Source: Trichomonas gallinae
Taxonomy: Eukaryota
Direction of reading: 5' to 3'
DNA length: 35,361 nucleotides
Assembly: GCA_008369845.1 (NCBI GenBank)
Contig: MRSU01009132.1
Span: forward strand, 1 to 35,361
Below are positions 10,037-21,734 of the stretch, piece by piece (the first letter of the stretch is position 1; the number at the start of each line of letters is the position of its first letter). The notes below the pieces were generated by a model that was given only the letters and a program-made list of their open reading frames with translations, was not told the origin of the DNA and did not search any database. Position numbers and translations under genes: made by a program.

Positions 10037-12137
10037 TGCATTATTTGCATTGTATGCAATATATTTTAATCATTATTTTTGATCTTTTGAAATTGAATAG
10101 TTGTAAAGTGAAAAAACATTAATCATCAGTTGTTTTATTTGATATTTCAGAGCGGTTTATTATAATAAAACAGAATACATCGAAATTTTTTGATTTTATT
10201 TGATATTTAGAATTCGAACATCAAAAGATTGCATTAATAGCTCTAATCATTCAATTATTGATCTAGCTTCGGAATATTTAAAAGGTTCATAAGGATAATT
10301 TCGATTAAAGATGTAATTAGAGCAATTTCGTTATTTTTGGTTGGAGAAAAATTGCATTATTGGAGATTTATTACATAAATTTAACTAATTTACTCTTCAT
10401 ATAATCACATATGCGAATTACAACATCAACCACGTAACTCCTTAAAATTTTATTTGATTTACAAAAACAATGAAATAACAAAAATCATTCAATTAATAGA
10501 TTGTTTATGATGTCCAAATGTCACTTATCATATTAAATAGCTGCGAAATGAAAATAAAATTAAATCCTTAATTCTTACGAGTTCAGGTCTGAAATGTTGA
10601 TATTCTTATTTATTACATTAAGGGCTATTGTATAATATATAAACAAGTAACTAAATTAAATTCTTGCAAATTTGTCAATCCCTTGTTTAATATTTCAACC
10701 CCTCAATAAATAAATTACAATTATATCGAATTTCGTAGCCAGATATAGACTATCTAATCAATTTAAAACTGAATTGCAATTAAACGATAGTCAAAATGCA
10801 AAATTTTGGATTTCTGATCTTTGAATCTGCATTTAAAGCCACTCAACATATAATACTTAGACTACAATTAATAAAATAGGAATGATGACTTAACCTTGGA
10901 AAAACAAATTGCAGAATTCGATTTAAACAAAAATTTAAAATGCAAAATTCAGAATTGGTACGCAATAGTCAAGACTCTTCAACTTCAAATAGAACATATG
11001 TGTCCCGAGTTCAGTCTTTAACTTGAGTCAAGTTCTTCAATTTCGCAAATTAGTTACAAACATATTCGTTTTTTGCAATATTTAATATTTATATTCATGT
11101 CAATATAAGCAATATATTTTGAAAGTCGGATTGTAGTTTTCCATGGATAAAACAACATCTATTGTAAAACAAAATAACAAGAGAAGTTGTATTTATCTGC
11201 TATCTATCGCCATATGCAAATACTAATCTTTACTGGATGCAGATAAATTGATTGAAAAAGCAATTTTAGAAATAAATGTGAAATCGAAAAGTGACAACCA
11301 AAAAATAAAATTATTTGTTATCAAACTTTGATCGTCCCACAAATATTGAATAGAGATGAAAATATCACAGTCATAAATAATGTGAAATCGTGCAAAACTT
11401 AGATAAGATGTAAAATTTTAAAGTTGAACTTTTTGAGAGTGATTTCATTTTCAAGAAAAATAATAGATATTATTGCTGAATTAACTAATGATCAAATTTT
11501 TGATTACAATGATTTTTGATTTTTCTGAGTACTGGAAAAAAAAATATCATATTAGCCGAAATCCGATTTTAATCATGTTTTTCTTATTAACGAATGGTTA
11601 GTAATTAAACAATTAAGTTATTTTAATTAATATAATGAATAGGATTGAATTTCGTATCTTTACTGTTTAATCATTATGCATCAATAGAGTAAGGTGTTGC
11701 AGCCTGTGAGCATATAGTATGTATTGATTTCACTTTCCTGGCTGCTTTCTATTCCAAGAATTCATTCATTATTTTCGAAATTACGAGCGTTAGGAAGCCA
11801 ATAGTAGTAATGTATAATTTTCAGAATCATCTGACGTACAGTTATATGGTTAGAAAGTAATTCAAGTAGATATATGAATCTGAATAAATAATCAAAAAAA
11901 GGGCTTAAAACAAGCACAATTAATATACTTATCACCATACATCAACTAGCAAAGCCACCGTGTATGTACAGCCGGGCAATATGGTGTGTCTGAAACCACC
12001 ACGAGAATGGACAAAGAGGAGGAGTGAAAAAGAGGATTTTTAACCGCTAAAATTCACAAGGCTTTTTAAATAGTTTACATCGTGCTTTTTGAGGCTCGTG
12101 GAAAATTTGAGAGGTTTACACGTCAAAACCATTTCTC

Positions 12138-12716
12138 ATGGCTGAGTACAAAATCGTTGTCTTCGGTGCTGGTGCCGTCGGTAAATCCGCTCTTACAATC
12201 CAATTCGTTCAGGGTCAATTCATTACTGATTACGATCCAACAATCGAAGATTCTTACAAACGTCCATTAAACGTCGATGGTGAATCTGTTCAATTAGATA
12301 TTACAGATACCGCTGGTCAGGATGATTTCGCTGCTATGCGTACATCCTACATGCGCCAGGGCAAGGGCTTCATCCTTGTTTACGCTATCGATGACCGCGC
12401 ATCTTTCGAAGAAATGGAAGCTTTCCATCGCGAACTTATTCGTACAAAGTGCACATCTACAGTTCCATGCGTTATCTGCGGTAACAAGTGCGATCTTGAA
12501 GAGCGCCGTATAGTTAGCAAGGCTGAGGGTGAAGAACTCGCTGCCAAGCTTAAATGCAGATTCTTCGAAACATCTGCCCTTACAAATTATCAGATTCATG
12601 AAACATTCACAGCATTAGTTAAGGATATTATCGCCGAATCCAAGCCAAAGCCAGAAGCAAATCCAAAACCAAAGCAAGATGACGACACAAAGGGTGGCTG
12701 CTGCATTTTGATCTAA
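12138..12716 (+). CDS. Ras-subfamily small GTPase (Ras/Rap-like)
   Basis: G1 GAGAVGKS, effector YDPTIEDSY, G3 DTAGQ, G4 NKCD, G5 ETSAL; C-terminal CaaX CILI preceded by a second Cys. Confidence 0.97.
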   Translation: MAEYKIVVFGAGAVGKSALTIQFVQGQFITDYDPTIEDSYKRPLNVDGESVQLDITDTAGQDDFAAMRTSYMRQGKGFILVYAIDDRASFEEMEAFHRELIRTKCTSTVPCVICGNKCDLEERRIVSKAEGEELAAKLKCRFFETSALTNYQIHETFTALVKDIIAESKPKPEANPKPKQDDDTKGGCCILI

Positions 12717-12908
12717 AATTTTATTTCGGATAAAATAGAACCGAAGCACCGTTTTTCATACGCTATATATGAATTAAATCTTCATTATATTTGATAATCT
12801 TTCGCTTCATTGTTTAACCAAAATAAAAAAAATGTCAGTGAATGTAACAGAAATAACCTTAATAATTAACGTACAGTAATAGTAATTTTTTATGTTAAAA
12901 AAAAAAGT

Positions 12909-14288
12909 TTATACTTCGTGGTCCTCTGGTAAGTCCACGAGTTTATCTGCCTGTTTCTTCTTCCTGAAATGGTTAATTAAGCAATAAATCATTGCAATAA
13001 TGAAACCAATGGCGATGAGGCAACCGGCAACGATGATAATGATGAAATGAATTGGTGTTCCGATGATAACACGCGCAGAAGTGATTGCAACTGCAGCACC
13101 AATTGGCCAATCAAGTTTGAGACCTCTATATTTAGTTGGATTGACTCTAGTCATTGTTTGAATTTCGCCATTTGAGCCAGAGACGATGAATCTAATTGTT
13201 AAGTGTTGTTGTAAATATGAAATATCTGTATATCCATAAGTTGGGTTCAAAGCAACAGCGTCTTCATATGACTTATTTCCGTAGTTGTAAACTGTAAGCA
13301 AATAGTTTTCAATTGTGACACGATCGGTGAAATTAAGATATTCCATTGTATATGAAGGAACGCCATATACTACTGCATCTTTGTTACCACCAGGATATGG
13401 AACACAGCCATCTGCTGTTTTGTTTCCCTTCAAAAACAGTTCTTGATGATCTCCGCACTTATTCGATTCAGATTTAGCGTAAATATGAGAAATTAAATTT
13501 TGACATCCTTCAAAGTCTGGCTTTCCTGTAAAGTTATCATTAAATCCGTATTTTTTGCCGAGATTTGGAGTATTCATCAAATGACACGGGCTTTCGAGCT
13601 TGTTTTGTGACTTCAATTGAGTGAGAATGGCTTTTTCAACGCTATCGCCACCATAATTTCCCCATGAATAGCCGAAAACATCATATGAAATTTTGTTGAT
13701 CGTAATCCTTTTCATAAAATCCTTTAAATCATTGGTTGGAGTGTATACATATTGGGAAAACTGTGCAGATGCGCCACCGATTTCAGCTGTGGTCAAAAAT
13801 TGTTTATTTGCAAGGTCGCCGATGAATAAATTAGCCGCGATCCATGCGTATTGTGCTTCCTCTTCACCACTGATGACTCTAAAGTAATTCTCTTTAACTA
13901 AATATAAGTATTTCTCGTTTGCAATTTGATAAGCGTTCGCAATGATAGAATCCTTATCTTCTTGGCTTTCTAACTGCCTCATTCCACCAGTTGCGTATAG
14001 ATAAACTGGAGTTGTTGATCGAGCAGTCCTTTCAATATAAAGATGGGAGCCATTATCGAATAATTCGCGGAACAGTTCGGCTGATCTTGTTTTGTTATTT
14101 AGAGTAGATGTTAATTTGATTGAAGATTTGATGGTTATAGGTTTTCCTTGATCGTCACGCAAAATATCGTACGTGTTAAGGCTATAGACATCCTCGTATG
14201 TAAAAATGTACAGCCTGGTGCCAGAGCTTCCGGCGTCGATGATGATAATGTTCTTCGCCAAAGCGAGAGCAGCAAGTATAAGAAACAT
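12909..14288 (-). CDS. Ecto-nucleoside triphosphate diphosphohydrolase (GDA1/CD39 apyrase family)
   Basis: First ATG at 14288 (MFLILAALALA signal peptide). ACR1 DAGSSGTR, ACR2 ATGGMR, ACR3 ISGEEEA..AW, ACR4 EIGGAS, ACR5 DWPIGAA; C-terminal TM helix followed by a basic tail. Confidence 0.95.
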   Translation of the reverse strand: MFLILAALALAKNIIIIDAGSSGTRLYIFTYEDVYSLNTYDILRDDQGKPITIKSSIKLTSTLNNKTRSAELFRELFDNGSHLYIERTARSTTPVYLYATGGMRQLESQEDKDSIIANAYQIANEKYLYLVKENYFRVISGEEEAQYAWIAANLFIGDLANKQFLTTAEIGGASAQFSQYVYTPTNDLKDFMKRITINKISYDVFGYSWGNYGGDSVEKAILTQLKSQNKLESPCHLMNTPNLGKKYGFNDNFTGKPDFEGCQNLISHIYAKSESNKCGDHQELFLKGNKTADGCVPYPGGNKDAVVYGVPSYTMEYLNFTDRVTIENYLLTVYNYGNKSYEDAVALNPTYGYTDISYLQQHLTIRFIVSGSNGEIQTMTRVNPTKYRGLKLDWPIGAAVAITSARVIIGTPIHFIIIIVAGCLIAIGFIIAMIYCLINHFRKKKQADKLVDLPEDHEV

Positions 14289-14397
14289 ATAAAAAAATAA
14301 AGCCAAAAAAAAAAATTAAAAAAAATCTTGCAATATGTTTGTTACTTGCTTCTAAAAAACAGTAAAAACCAAAATTTTGCGATTTTGAGATTGAGTT

Positions 14398-14519
14398 GTC
14401 ACTTTTATTGTTAATTTAAAAGCGAGTCGCTGTTTTTTTTCGGCCTTATTGGTTGTATTTTGATATCACTTTCAATATAAATTGATTTAAAAGAGGACTT
14501 ATTTTTGATATGTCACTTT
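14398..14519 (-). promoter_or_regulatory. M2-like AAAGTGAC/AAAGTGAT motifs upstream of the NTPDase gene
   Basis: GTCACTTT at 14398 and 14512 and ATCACTTT at 14465 on the + strand, i.e. sense orientation relative to the minus-strand gene. Confidence 0.5.
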
Positions 14520-15299
14520 TTGGCATAGGGAATTATAAAAATGATATCTATGCATTATAAACTATCTGATTTTGGTCTTTTTATTGCGGTTCGTTGTAAA
14601 ATCAACCAAAATTCAAACGAAGCGAATTCTTTTTGTAATCAACCTATTTATCCCAAATATTCGCTGTCAATAGCATTATTTGAATGTCTTTATATTCATT
14701 TTGGTAATATTGATTCATGAAATAGGTCTTATATAGGATGACTCAATCATATAACACGCTAGCAAGTCCCAAAATCGCTCTATATTGTGTTCCTTTATTC
14801 ATGATCTCCTTTATTCGATCATATATTCGTCAAAAATATTCTTCTTTTTTAGTAGACATTGTGAAAGTTTGGAGTAAATCCGTATAGTTTCACTTTTCCA
14901 AATACACCTTCGGTAAAATTCGAATTCTAAAATCAAATTTTTATAAAATGTTGACCTTCTTAACTGTTGACTCCTATACGTCACCTAAGTAGTTATTCAT
15001 TATTCATCAGGAGCACAGATGCACATAAAAGTAAATATGCACACAGCAAAACACTTCTATCGATGATCTCTTTATAATATTATACTTTTTTCATTGTATT
15101 GGACCATATTTATTAAATATATTGCTTTTAGCTTTATTATACAAATTTGAATTTAGGAAAGGTAAAAATTAAGCTATAATATGAACCACAGCTATGTGCG
15201 CTTTGATTAGTCAGGTGAATCTAAAATAAGTTTAAAAATAAATTGGATAAGTTTTAGAATTTACAAGTCAAAAATTTTCGGTGACAAAAAAAAATAATA

Positions 15300-17630
15300 A
15301 TGGATGAATTAAGGAATTTGCAGTGGACACTTCACTGGAGCACAGGAAAGACAGAGAAGCTAGCCGAAAACCAGATCACTGGAACTGGAATTGAAATCCA
15401 AGCATATGCTCACCACGCGAATATGCTGAGATACATGCTTAAATCGAACGATTTTTTTCAAACGCCGAATATTTTAGACGTGGTTGCTAAGGCTATCAAG
15501 AAACCTAACAGAGTGCATCAGAGAATTTCTCCAAACTCAAGTCATTTCCTACAATCGTGGGTTTTAACAGCAATATCGGAACCTTCTGCGTTCGCTAAAG
15601 CTGTTTCTGTTTATTTTACAGAAAACCCTAAGAATTTACAGATATTTTCGATTGTTACCTTTCCATCTTTATTTCATAATTTTATTTCTGAAGAACTAAC
15701 AGCAAATGCAGCTAAATTTCTCGAAGGCATATTCAATGTAGCAGATATTTCAATGTTTTCACAGTTTTTCGCATCATTTATTTTATCAAATCATAATTTT
15801 ACGAAGAATCTTTGGGGAGCATACTCAGATTTAGAACTAAAAACCAAGCCTAAAACAGACTCTGATTACATGACAATATTTATTCAAGCTGTTGAATTAT
15901 CTTCATTTTTGATGTCAAAATACAACCTTAGTATTATAGACCTTTTTTACCAGAGGCAACCAGAAAAAATGGTTGCATCATTTATTCAAGATATTATCAT
16001 TCCTTCATTTTTAGATTATTTCCATACAAACGACAAAATCAACGAAGAGCATCCATTGATTAAAAATCTCGTATTTGCAGCAACAAATCCAACACATTCA
16101 AGATTCAATTTAATATTTTCAGCATTGCATCCAGAAACTCCTTGCTATTTATTACCGCACCGCATTTTCTGCTATGACTCACGTACATGCATCGTATTAA
16201 CATCACATGAGTGCTTACTTATTCAGAAAATTATTTTGAGTGATGAAAAACTTATTAAATTCCAAATTTCAGAGAAACTAAAGCTCCCAGATAAGCTCGA
16301 TAACGACTTTGAGCCATTATTTTTTGAGGTTTCCATATCAAAATCCATTCCAACAAACGATGTTCCTGTTTCTCGATTAATGTTCGAGAAACTGCAAAAG
16401 AAGAAGATGAAAGCATCAGATGAATTCAACAGATATTGGAATATGGCGAATACTCGACTTTTAAGTCCGATCGATATTTATGATGATGGAGATGATGCTA
16501 AACAGCTGAGAAGCATCATGCCCAAAGAATATATACTTCATGATCCCGCGTTTATTGAGTATTTTTGCGCTAACTGCATGGATCGAATTATCGAATGCGA
16601 AGATTTCTTCGAGCACAACATTGATTTACTTGATGCGGCTTCTAAGCTCGAGATATTAAGGTCGAATTACGAAGGATACTTCATGGCGCACATGTGTAAT
16701 GTTTGGCATACATTATTCAGCAACGAAGTTTTGCTAGGACCGACTTTCGTTGTTAAGAAGCAAGCAAAGAGGAGAAACTCATTCAGCTCTACAAATATTT
16801 CCGCCGAAAAACTCCCACAGCCGCCAATAATTAAAAAAGCAATCGAATGTCCGTTAAAAGACATACAGCACATTGTCACTTCCAACGACAGTGTGCTCAA
16901 CGTGACTCCAGCCATCCTCAAAGTGGCAACAACTCAAGTAGAAGACCAAAACGACATCAACGAGAAAATGCATCACTTATTAACAAAAGTTGTCATGCCT
17001 TCTGCCCGTCTCTGCATATACATAAAGTGTCTGGATGACAACGAAAACAAAGACATCGAAAAACTCGAAAGCCTAAAAGACAGAGTTAAAAAGTCAATCA
17101 GAAGCATAAGGTTCGAAGCGCAAATAGAAGACGAGCCATTCGCTGCCCTGATGCTTAAGTTCCTGACCAACGACACCCTGACCGTTATTAATAAGATTAT
17201 GAAGTACAAATCGCATCTAGAGACGTTCAAGATTGCGTTAGAGAGCATCAACAGGATGAGGTTTGGCAGTGCCGCGTATGCACTGATAAGCTTCGCGAAA
17301 ATTGTCAGGAAGTTTATCTCGAATTTTATATATGTCGATGATCACTATTTTGATGCCATTTGCGAAGCCTTCATCTCAGCGATTATCATTGATTCTGAGA
17401 ACTACGCTATTATCGGGAAATACCTCTGCGCTTTCAAGCTGTGGAACACATACAGAGACTTCCTCGATTTGTGCGAAGGAGAAAATGACGGAATTTCGTC
17501 AATCTTCGAGATTTCAATTTTCTCTATCCTCAGCATTGTTGGACAAGATATCTCAGCCACTGCTTCTGACTTCGCTCATGGAAAGCTTCAAAAAACTCAA
17601 AACCCCGCTGATAATAACCAAAAAGTATAG
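15300..17630 (+). CDS. Hypothetical all-helical protein, 776 aa
   Basis: Long ATG-initiated ORF with coding-like composition; no domain recognised with confidence. Confidence 0.85.
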   Translation: MDELRNLQWTLHWSTGKTEKLAENQITGTGIEIQAYAHHANMLRYMLKSNDFFQTPNILDVVAKAIKKPNRVHQRISPNSSHFLQSWVLTAISEPSAFAKAVSVYFTENPKNLQIFSIVTFPSLFHNFISEELTANAAKFLEGIFNVADISMFSQFFASFILSNHNFTKNLWGAYSDLELKTKPKTDSDYMTIFIQAVELSSFLMSKYNLSIIDLFYQRQPEKMVASFIQDIIIPSFLDYFHTNDKINEEHPLIKNLVFAATNPTHSRFNLIFSALHPETPCYLLPHRIFCYDSRTCIVLTSHECLLIQKIILSDEKLIKFQISEKLKLPDKLDNDFEPLFFEVSISKSIPTNDVPVSRLMFEKLQKKKMKASDEFNRYWNMANTRLLSPIDIYDDGDDAKQLRSIMPKEYILHDPAFIEYFCANCMDRIIECEDFFEHNIDLLDAASKLEILRSNYEGYFMAHMCNVWHTLFSNEVLLGPTFVVKKQAKRRNSFSSTNISAEKLPQPPIIKKAIECPLKDIQHIVTSNDSVLNVTPAILKVATTQVEDQNDINEKMHHLLTKVVMPSARLCIYIKCLDDNENKDIEKLESLKDRVKKSIRSIRFEAQIEDEPFAALMLKFLTNDTLTVINKIMKYKSHLETFKIALESINRMRFGSAAYALISFAKIVRKFISNFIYVDDHYFDAICEAFISAIIIDSENYAIIGKYLCAFKLWNTYRDFLDLCEGENDGISSIFEISIFSILSIVGQDISATASDFAHGKLQKTQNPADNNQKV

Positions 17631-20600
17631 ATTTTCATTTTTGTTTAATTTGGAGAATATATCAGAAACTAATGTACTTAAATATGTTTTTACTGATTAA
17701 TTCAATATTATATTAATATTAAGAAATAGAATAATTCATTTGTTTGATGTTATTTTAGTAGTAATAGTAATTTGTAATATATTGATTGAAAAGCTTTAAT
17801 TCATGCTTCACAAAAATAACGATTTTACTTATAATGCATAAATGAACATTTTAATGTGAATATGATCGAATATGAAATTCGTAGATGAACAATGCTTGTG
17901 TTTGATAAAATCGATTTTAAAAAATCAATTCTCATTGAAGAATATTATATGAAATGACTCATATGCTAATGATTAATAAAAAATTTATTGGAAATAGAAT
18001 AGAAATAGCTAAAATTCCAAAAATAAAATTCAATGTCAGAAGAAAGCAATATTATGGTCTATAAATTATAGAATAAGTATATATCTCTATTTTAAATATA
18101 ACCATAATCATTGTGTACTATAATATATATGCTTCTTCATAATGATTGTTGTGAATTACAGAAAAATTAAGATTTTGATTTTGTAATTCATGTATATGTA
18201 AATACAAACTAGTATATAATCACTTAATAGTGTCTATAAATAAGTTGCACATCTGCTTTACATTGAAAAGAAGATCATAATATGTAATGATGATGGTAGA
18301 GTTTTAGTAATATAATATTTTAATACTTTGTAATGATAAGTTTCAGCACCTAAAGTTGTGGACCATAAATTTTGGTTTTTGATATTGGGATGTAAATTTC
18401 ATTCCTTTCATGTGGATTTAAGTATCTAAAATTAAGGATATAAGCACACAATCGTTAGACATCTTCACCATTACAACCAAGACGCCCAGTTTGATTGTAA
18501 AACTTATCGTATTTGAATCAGTTCGAATATTTAATTTTTGGAACCCCACACTTCGCATGTAGAGCCCCAATCCCCTATAAAAGCGATCCGAACGACATCC
18601 CCGTTTTAAGTGTTTTTTTCGTAAAACAATATAATCACTTTTTGTGAAATTTTGTAAACTTTTTTCAGTTTTTTGTAAAATTTTCATTAAATAATTGAAT
18701 GCTCAGTGAAGTCAACCTTTTTCCTTTGTTATTTGTCTTCTTCTGGTGTTTTTGCATTGTTTAATCAGCAAATTCTCAAGTAAATCAAAGATTTTACAAA
18801 ATTGAATTAAATTAGATAAAAATTTATGTATTTTCAAAATTGGCCTCTGTGGAGCTGTGTTAACACGGTTTTATGAATAAAAGAAGTGATTTCCAAAATG
18901 AATGACCAACATTTTCAAATTATGAGATTTTCGCGTTCTGGTTTACTGTATATGTCTCTTATAGAGAGAGCAACAAAAAGCGATAAAATGTTATAATCAC
19001 TTTTGAATGCAAGGATAATTATAAACATCTCAAAATAGTTTTTGTGTTTTTAGGTCAATAGAAAGAGTAATTCAACATTTCACAAGGCTTTAGTAACTCA
19101 TTGGCAGAATTAATGCGTCCATCATAGTCCTTTCTATTCCATCATGAGCAAAACAATGAAATCAAAATCAAAAGTCATTGAAAGTTCAAGTTAGGCCTGA
19201 CACACAAGTGAAACAAGTATTACTTTAATAAGTACTCATTGATTTCAGGAAGGTTTACCCACTTATTTAATTGATAAAATTAAGATTTTCAAAAAAATTA
19301 GCGATAATATACCATTTAAATAAGTGTATCGAATTTGTTATATACTTTATAATCCTATAATCTGCTTGAAATCTCGAGCTTTGATGTATCTTTTCCAAAT
19401 ATATTTTATCTTGCCTTATAGCATCTTTAATGATTAATTCGTGTATATATGTTTGTTCCCTACATAAAGCTTTTTTTTAAATTAATAATATAATTTTTCA
19501 AAAAAAGTATACGAATTTTCAAGAAATAAGCATGATTACACGTGTTATATCATTATTCATATTAGAATTTAATATTTGATATATAATGAAAATATGAATA
19601 GAATATATTTGAATTAGAACATAATTATATGGTTCAATCTCTATATTTAAAACTCCTGAAGGAATAATCATGATTAGGAAGTTTCAACACCTGTGAATAT
19701 TTTTCAATTTTGATCATTTATTGTGAAAGGGAAAGCAAGCATAAATTTGGCTGGTAATCATTATTTAAATCATAATGTTAATGTGCCTGAGGATGGATCG
19801 CATCATTTATCGAAAAATAATTCTCATTTTTTATGCGATTAGATTAAATATTACACCATTGTGCACTCATTAGCGTGAAAATAATCGAAATTTAATCCAA
19901 AATTAACTTGTTGTCGCAACAACAAAAAAATTAATTCAGTTTTATGAAAATAAAAGCAAAACGTCTGATATTAGTGCGCAGAGCAACTTTTGCGTAAAAT
20001 GCAATAATATGACAGACGAGGAAACAACAGAAACGATTTTCAAAAAACATAGATAATCCGTTACTTTTTGAGTGAAGAAATTCTTCGGAAACATTCAATG
20101 CTCACAAAAGTTGTATAGTTGTTTATATCCCTCCTGCAGTCTTTTGTCGAATGAATTGTTGTTGTGTGAAGTTTTGTTTCGAGACAGTGCTATTGAAATG
20201 TAATTAGACGAGGAACACCATCTATAAGAAAAATATAATAAGTCATTGTTAATTTTATAAATGACTCTTTTGAATAATATAATTTCAGAAAAACTAAAAA
20301 AGCAAAATTGTTCGTTTTTTAATATCACACGATCTAACAATAGCCAAATGATCCGATTTCTGGCCGCAATGACTGCCAACATTGTTACGATTCATAAATT
20401 CTATTGCGAGTTAGGAAAATTGTTGAAATCGCCAAACAAGCTCTTCTCAGTCAATTGATCGAACTTTATCCATTAATTCCTATCTATCATTGCTGTAATT
20501 TAAATGTCGGTCGCTGATTCGATATATTATTATCAAAAGAAAAATAACACACGACAATCGAATAAAGCAACAATAAAATCTATATACAAACAATTAGTAT

Positions 20601-21734
20601 ATCATCAGTAATCAATTTAAAGCTTTCAAAAACCGAATTTTTATCAAAAATCATAAAACTTATTCATTTCATCAAAAATCCATTGCAAACATATTATAAA
20701 TTGATTTTAAATCGTAATTTACAATCATATTGTTCGATTAATATATTTGTCAAATTTTTACAAATTGATTCGTTTGCAAATTAGATTTATATTCCTTGAT
20801 TCATGCTCATATTATTGGTTATTGATTTTGATTACAATTACATAAATTAATAATATTTTTCAACGAAAAATATTGATTTGAGACGAATCCAATGAAATAT
20901 AATGAAGCCTATTTGATAACAATTTGTCTTTTAATAATGACACTGAATATTATCGTTTAGTTCTCGTAATATTTTTCAGTTTCAATAAAAAAGCATTGAA
21001 ATATGAAATCATCCATCAAACAATAATTTGCTTATGTCAATATATATATTAGATGATGATTAAAAACCTTTGAATTTAAGTTAATATTCGGAATTTTTCG
21101 TATTATATCACAATACTGAGTGATTATCTTCAATGTGTTTATTTCGAGCATGAGCGTGCGTGATATACAAAATATTAACGTAACAAATTCTTTTATGACA
21201 ATACTACAAAATAATTATTTAATTCCGTCTCAAAAATATAAATGTCTCAATTTTTGATAACTTTACATTTGATTTGCAGTTCCGTATGTCATTTATTTTA
21301 ACAGATTAATAATATTACGTATTTTCGTTTCATAAAATATTATTTCGAATTCTCGTCAAATTAATATCATATACAAGTTATAGATCCATAATCTGAAATA
21401 AATTTAGGGTTTCGCCTTAAAAACTAGTTTTGAATGAACGTTTATTCAAAATTTAGACTTTTCACAAATATATTGAAAAAAAATTAAAGCTCATCAAATA
21501 TTGGTTTAATCGTAAATTCACTATTACCAAGATGTTAGCCGCCGTCCGTAGTATGTCTAGATATTTAAAACTTGTTTTTTGTCACTAATTTTCTCACAAA
21601 TCTTTGCTCTGTAAACGATCTTCCTCGCTCATAGTATTACTCTAATTGTTTGTTTTCGCTGTATATAACTAAAACATTCAAAAAACAAGGAATTTCATTA
21701 GAAAAAAAAACAAAAAAATTTACAAAAAAAAATT

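Noticed and set aside
14484..14720. DLKEDLFL...YKLSDFGL kinase-like words
   Set aside because: Spacing too long, in-frame stop, no HRD or APE motif; lies in an M2-containing promoter region, so likely chance.
18450..18490. tRNA-like 5' end on the minus strand (GGCGTCTTGGTTGTAATGG)
   Set aside because: No T-loop GTTCRA or acceptor-stem complement downstream.
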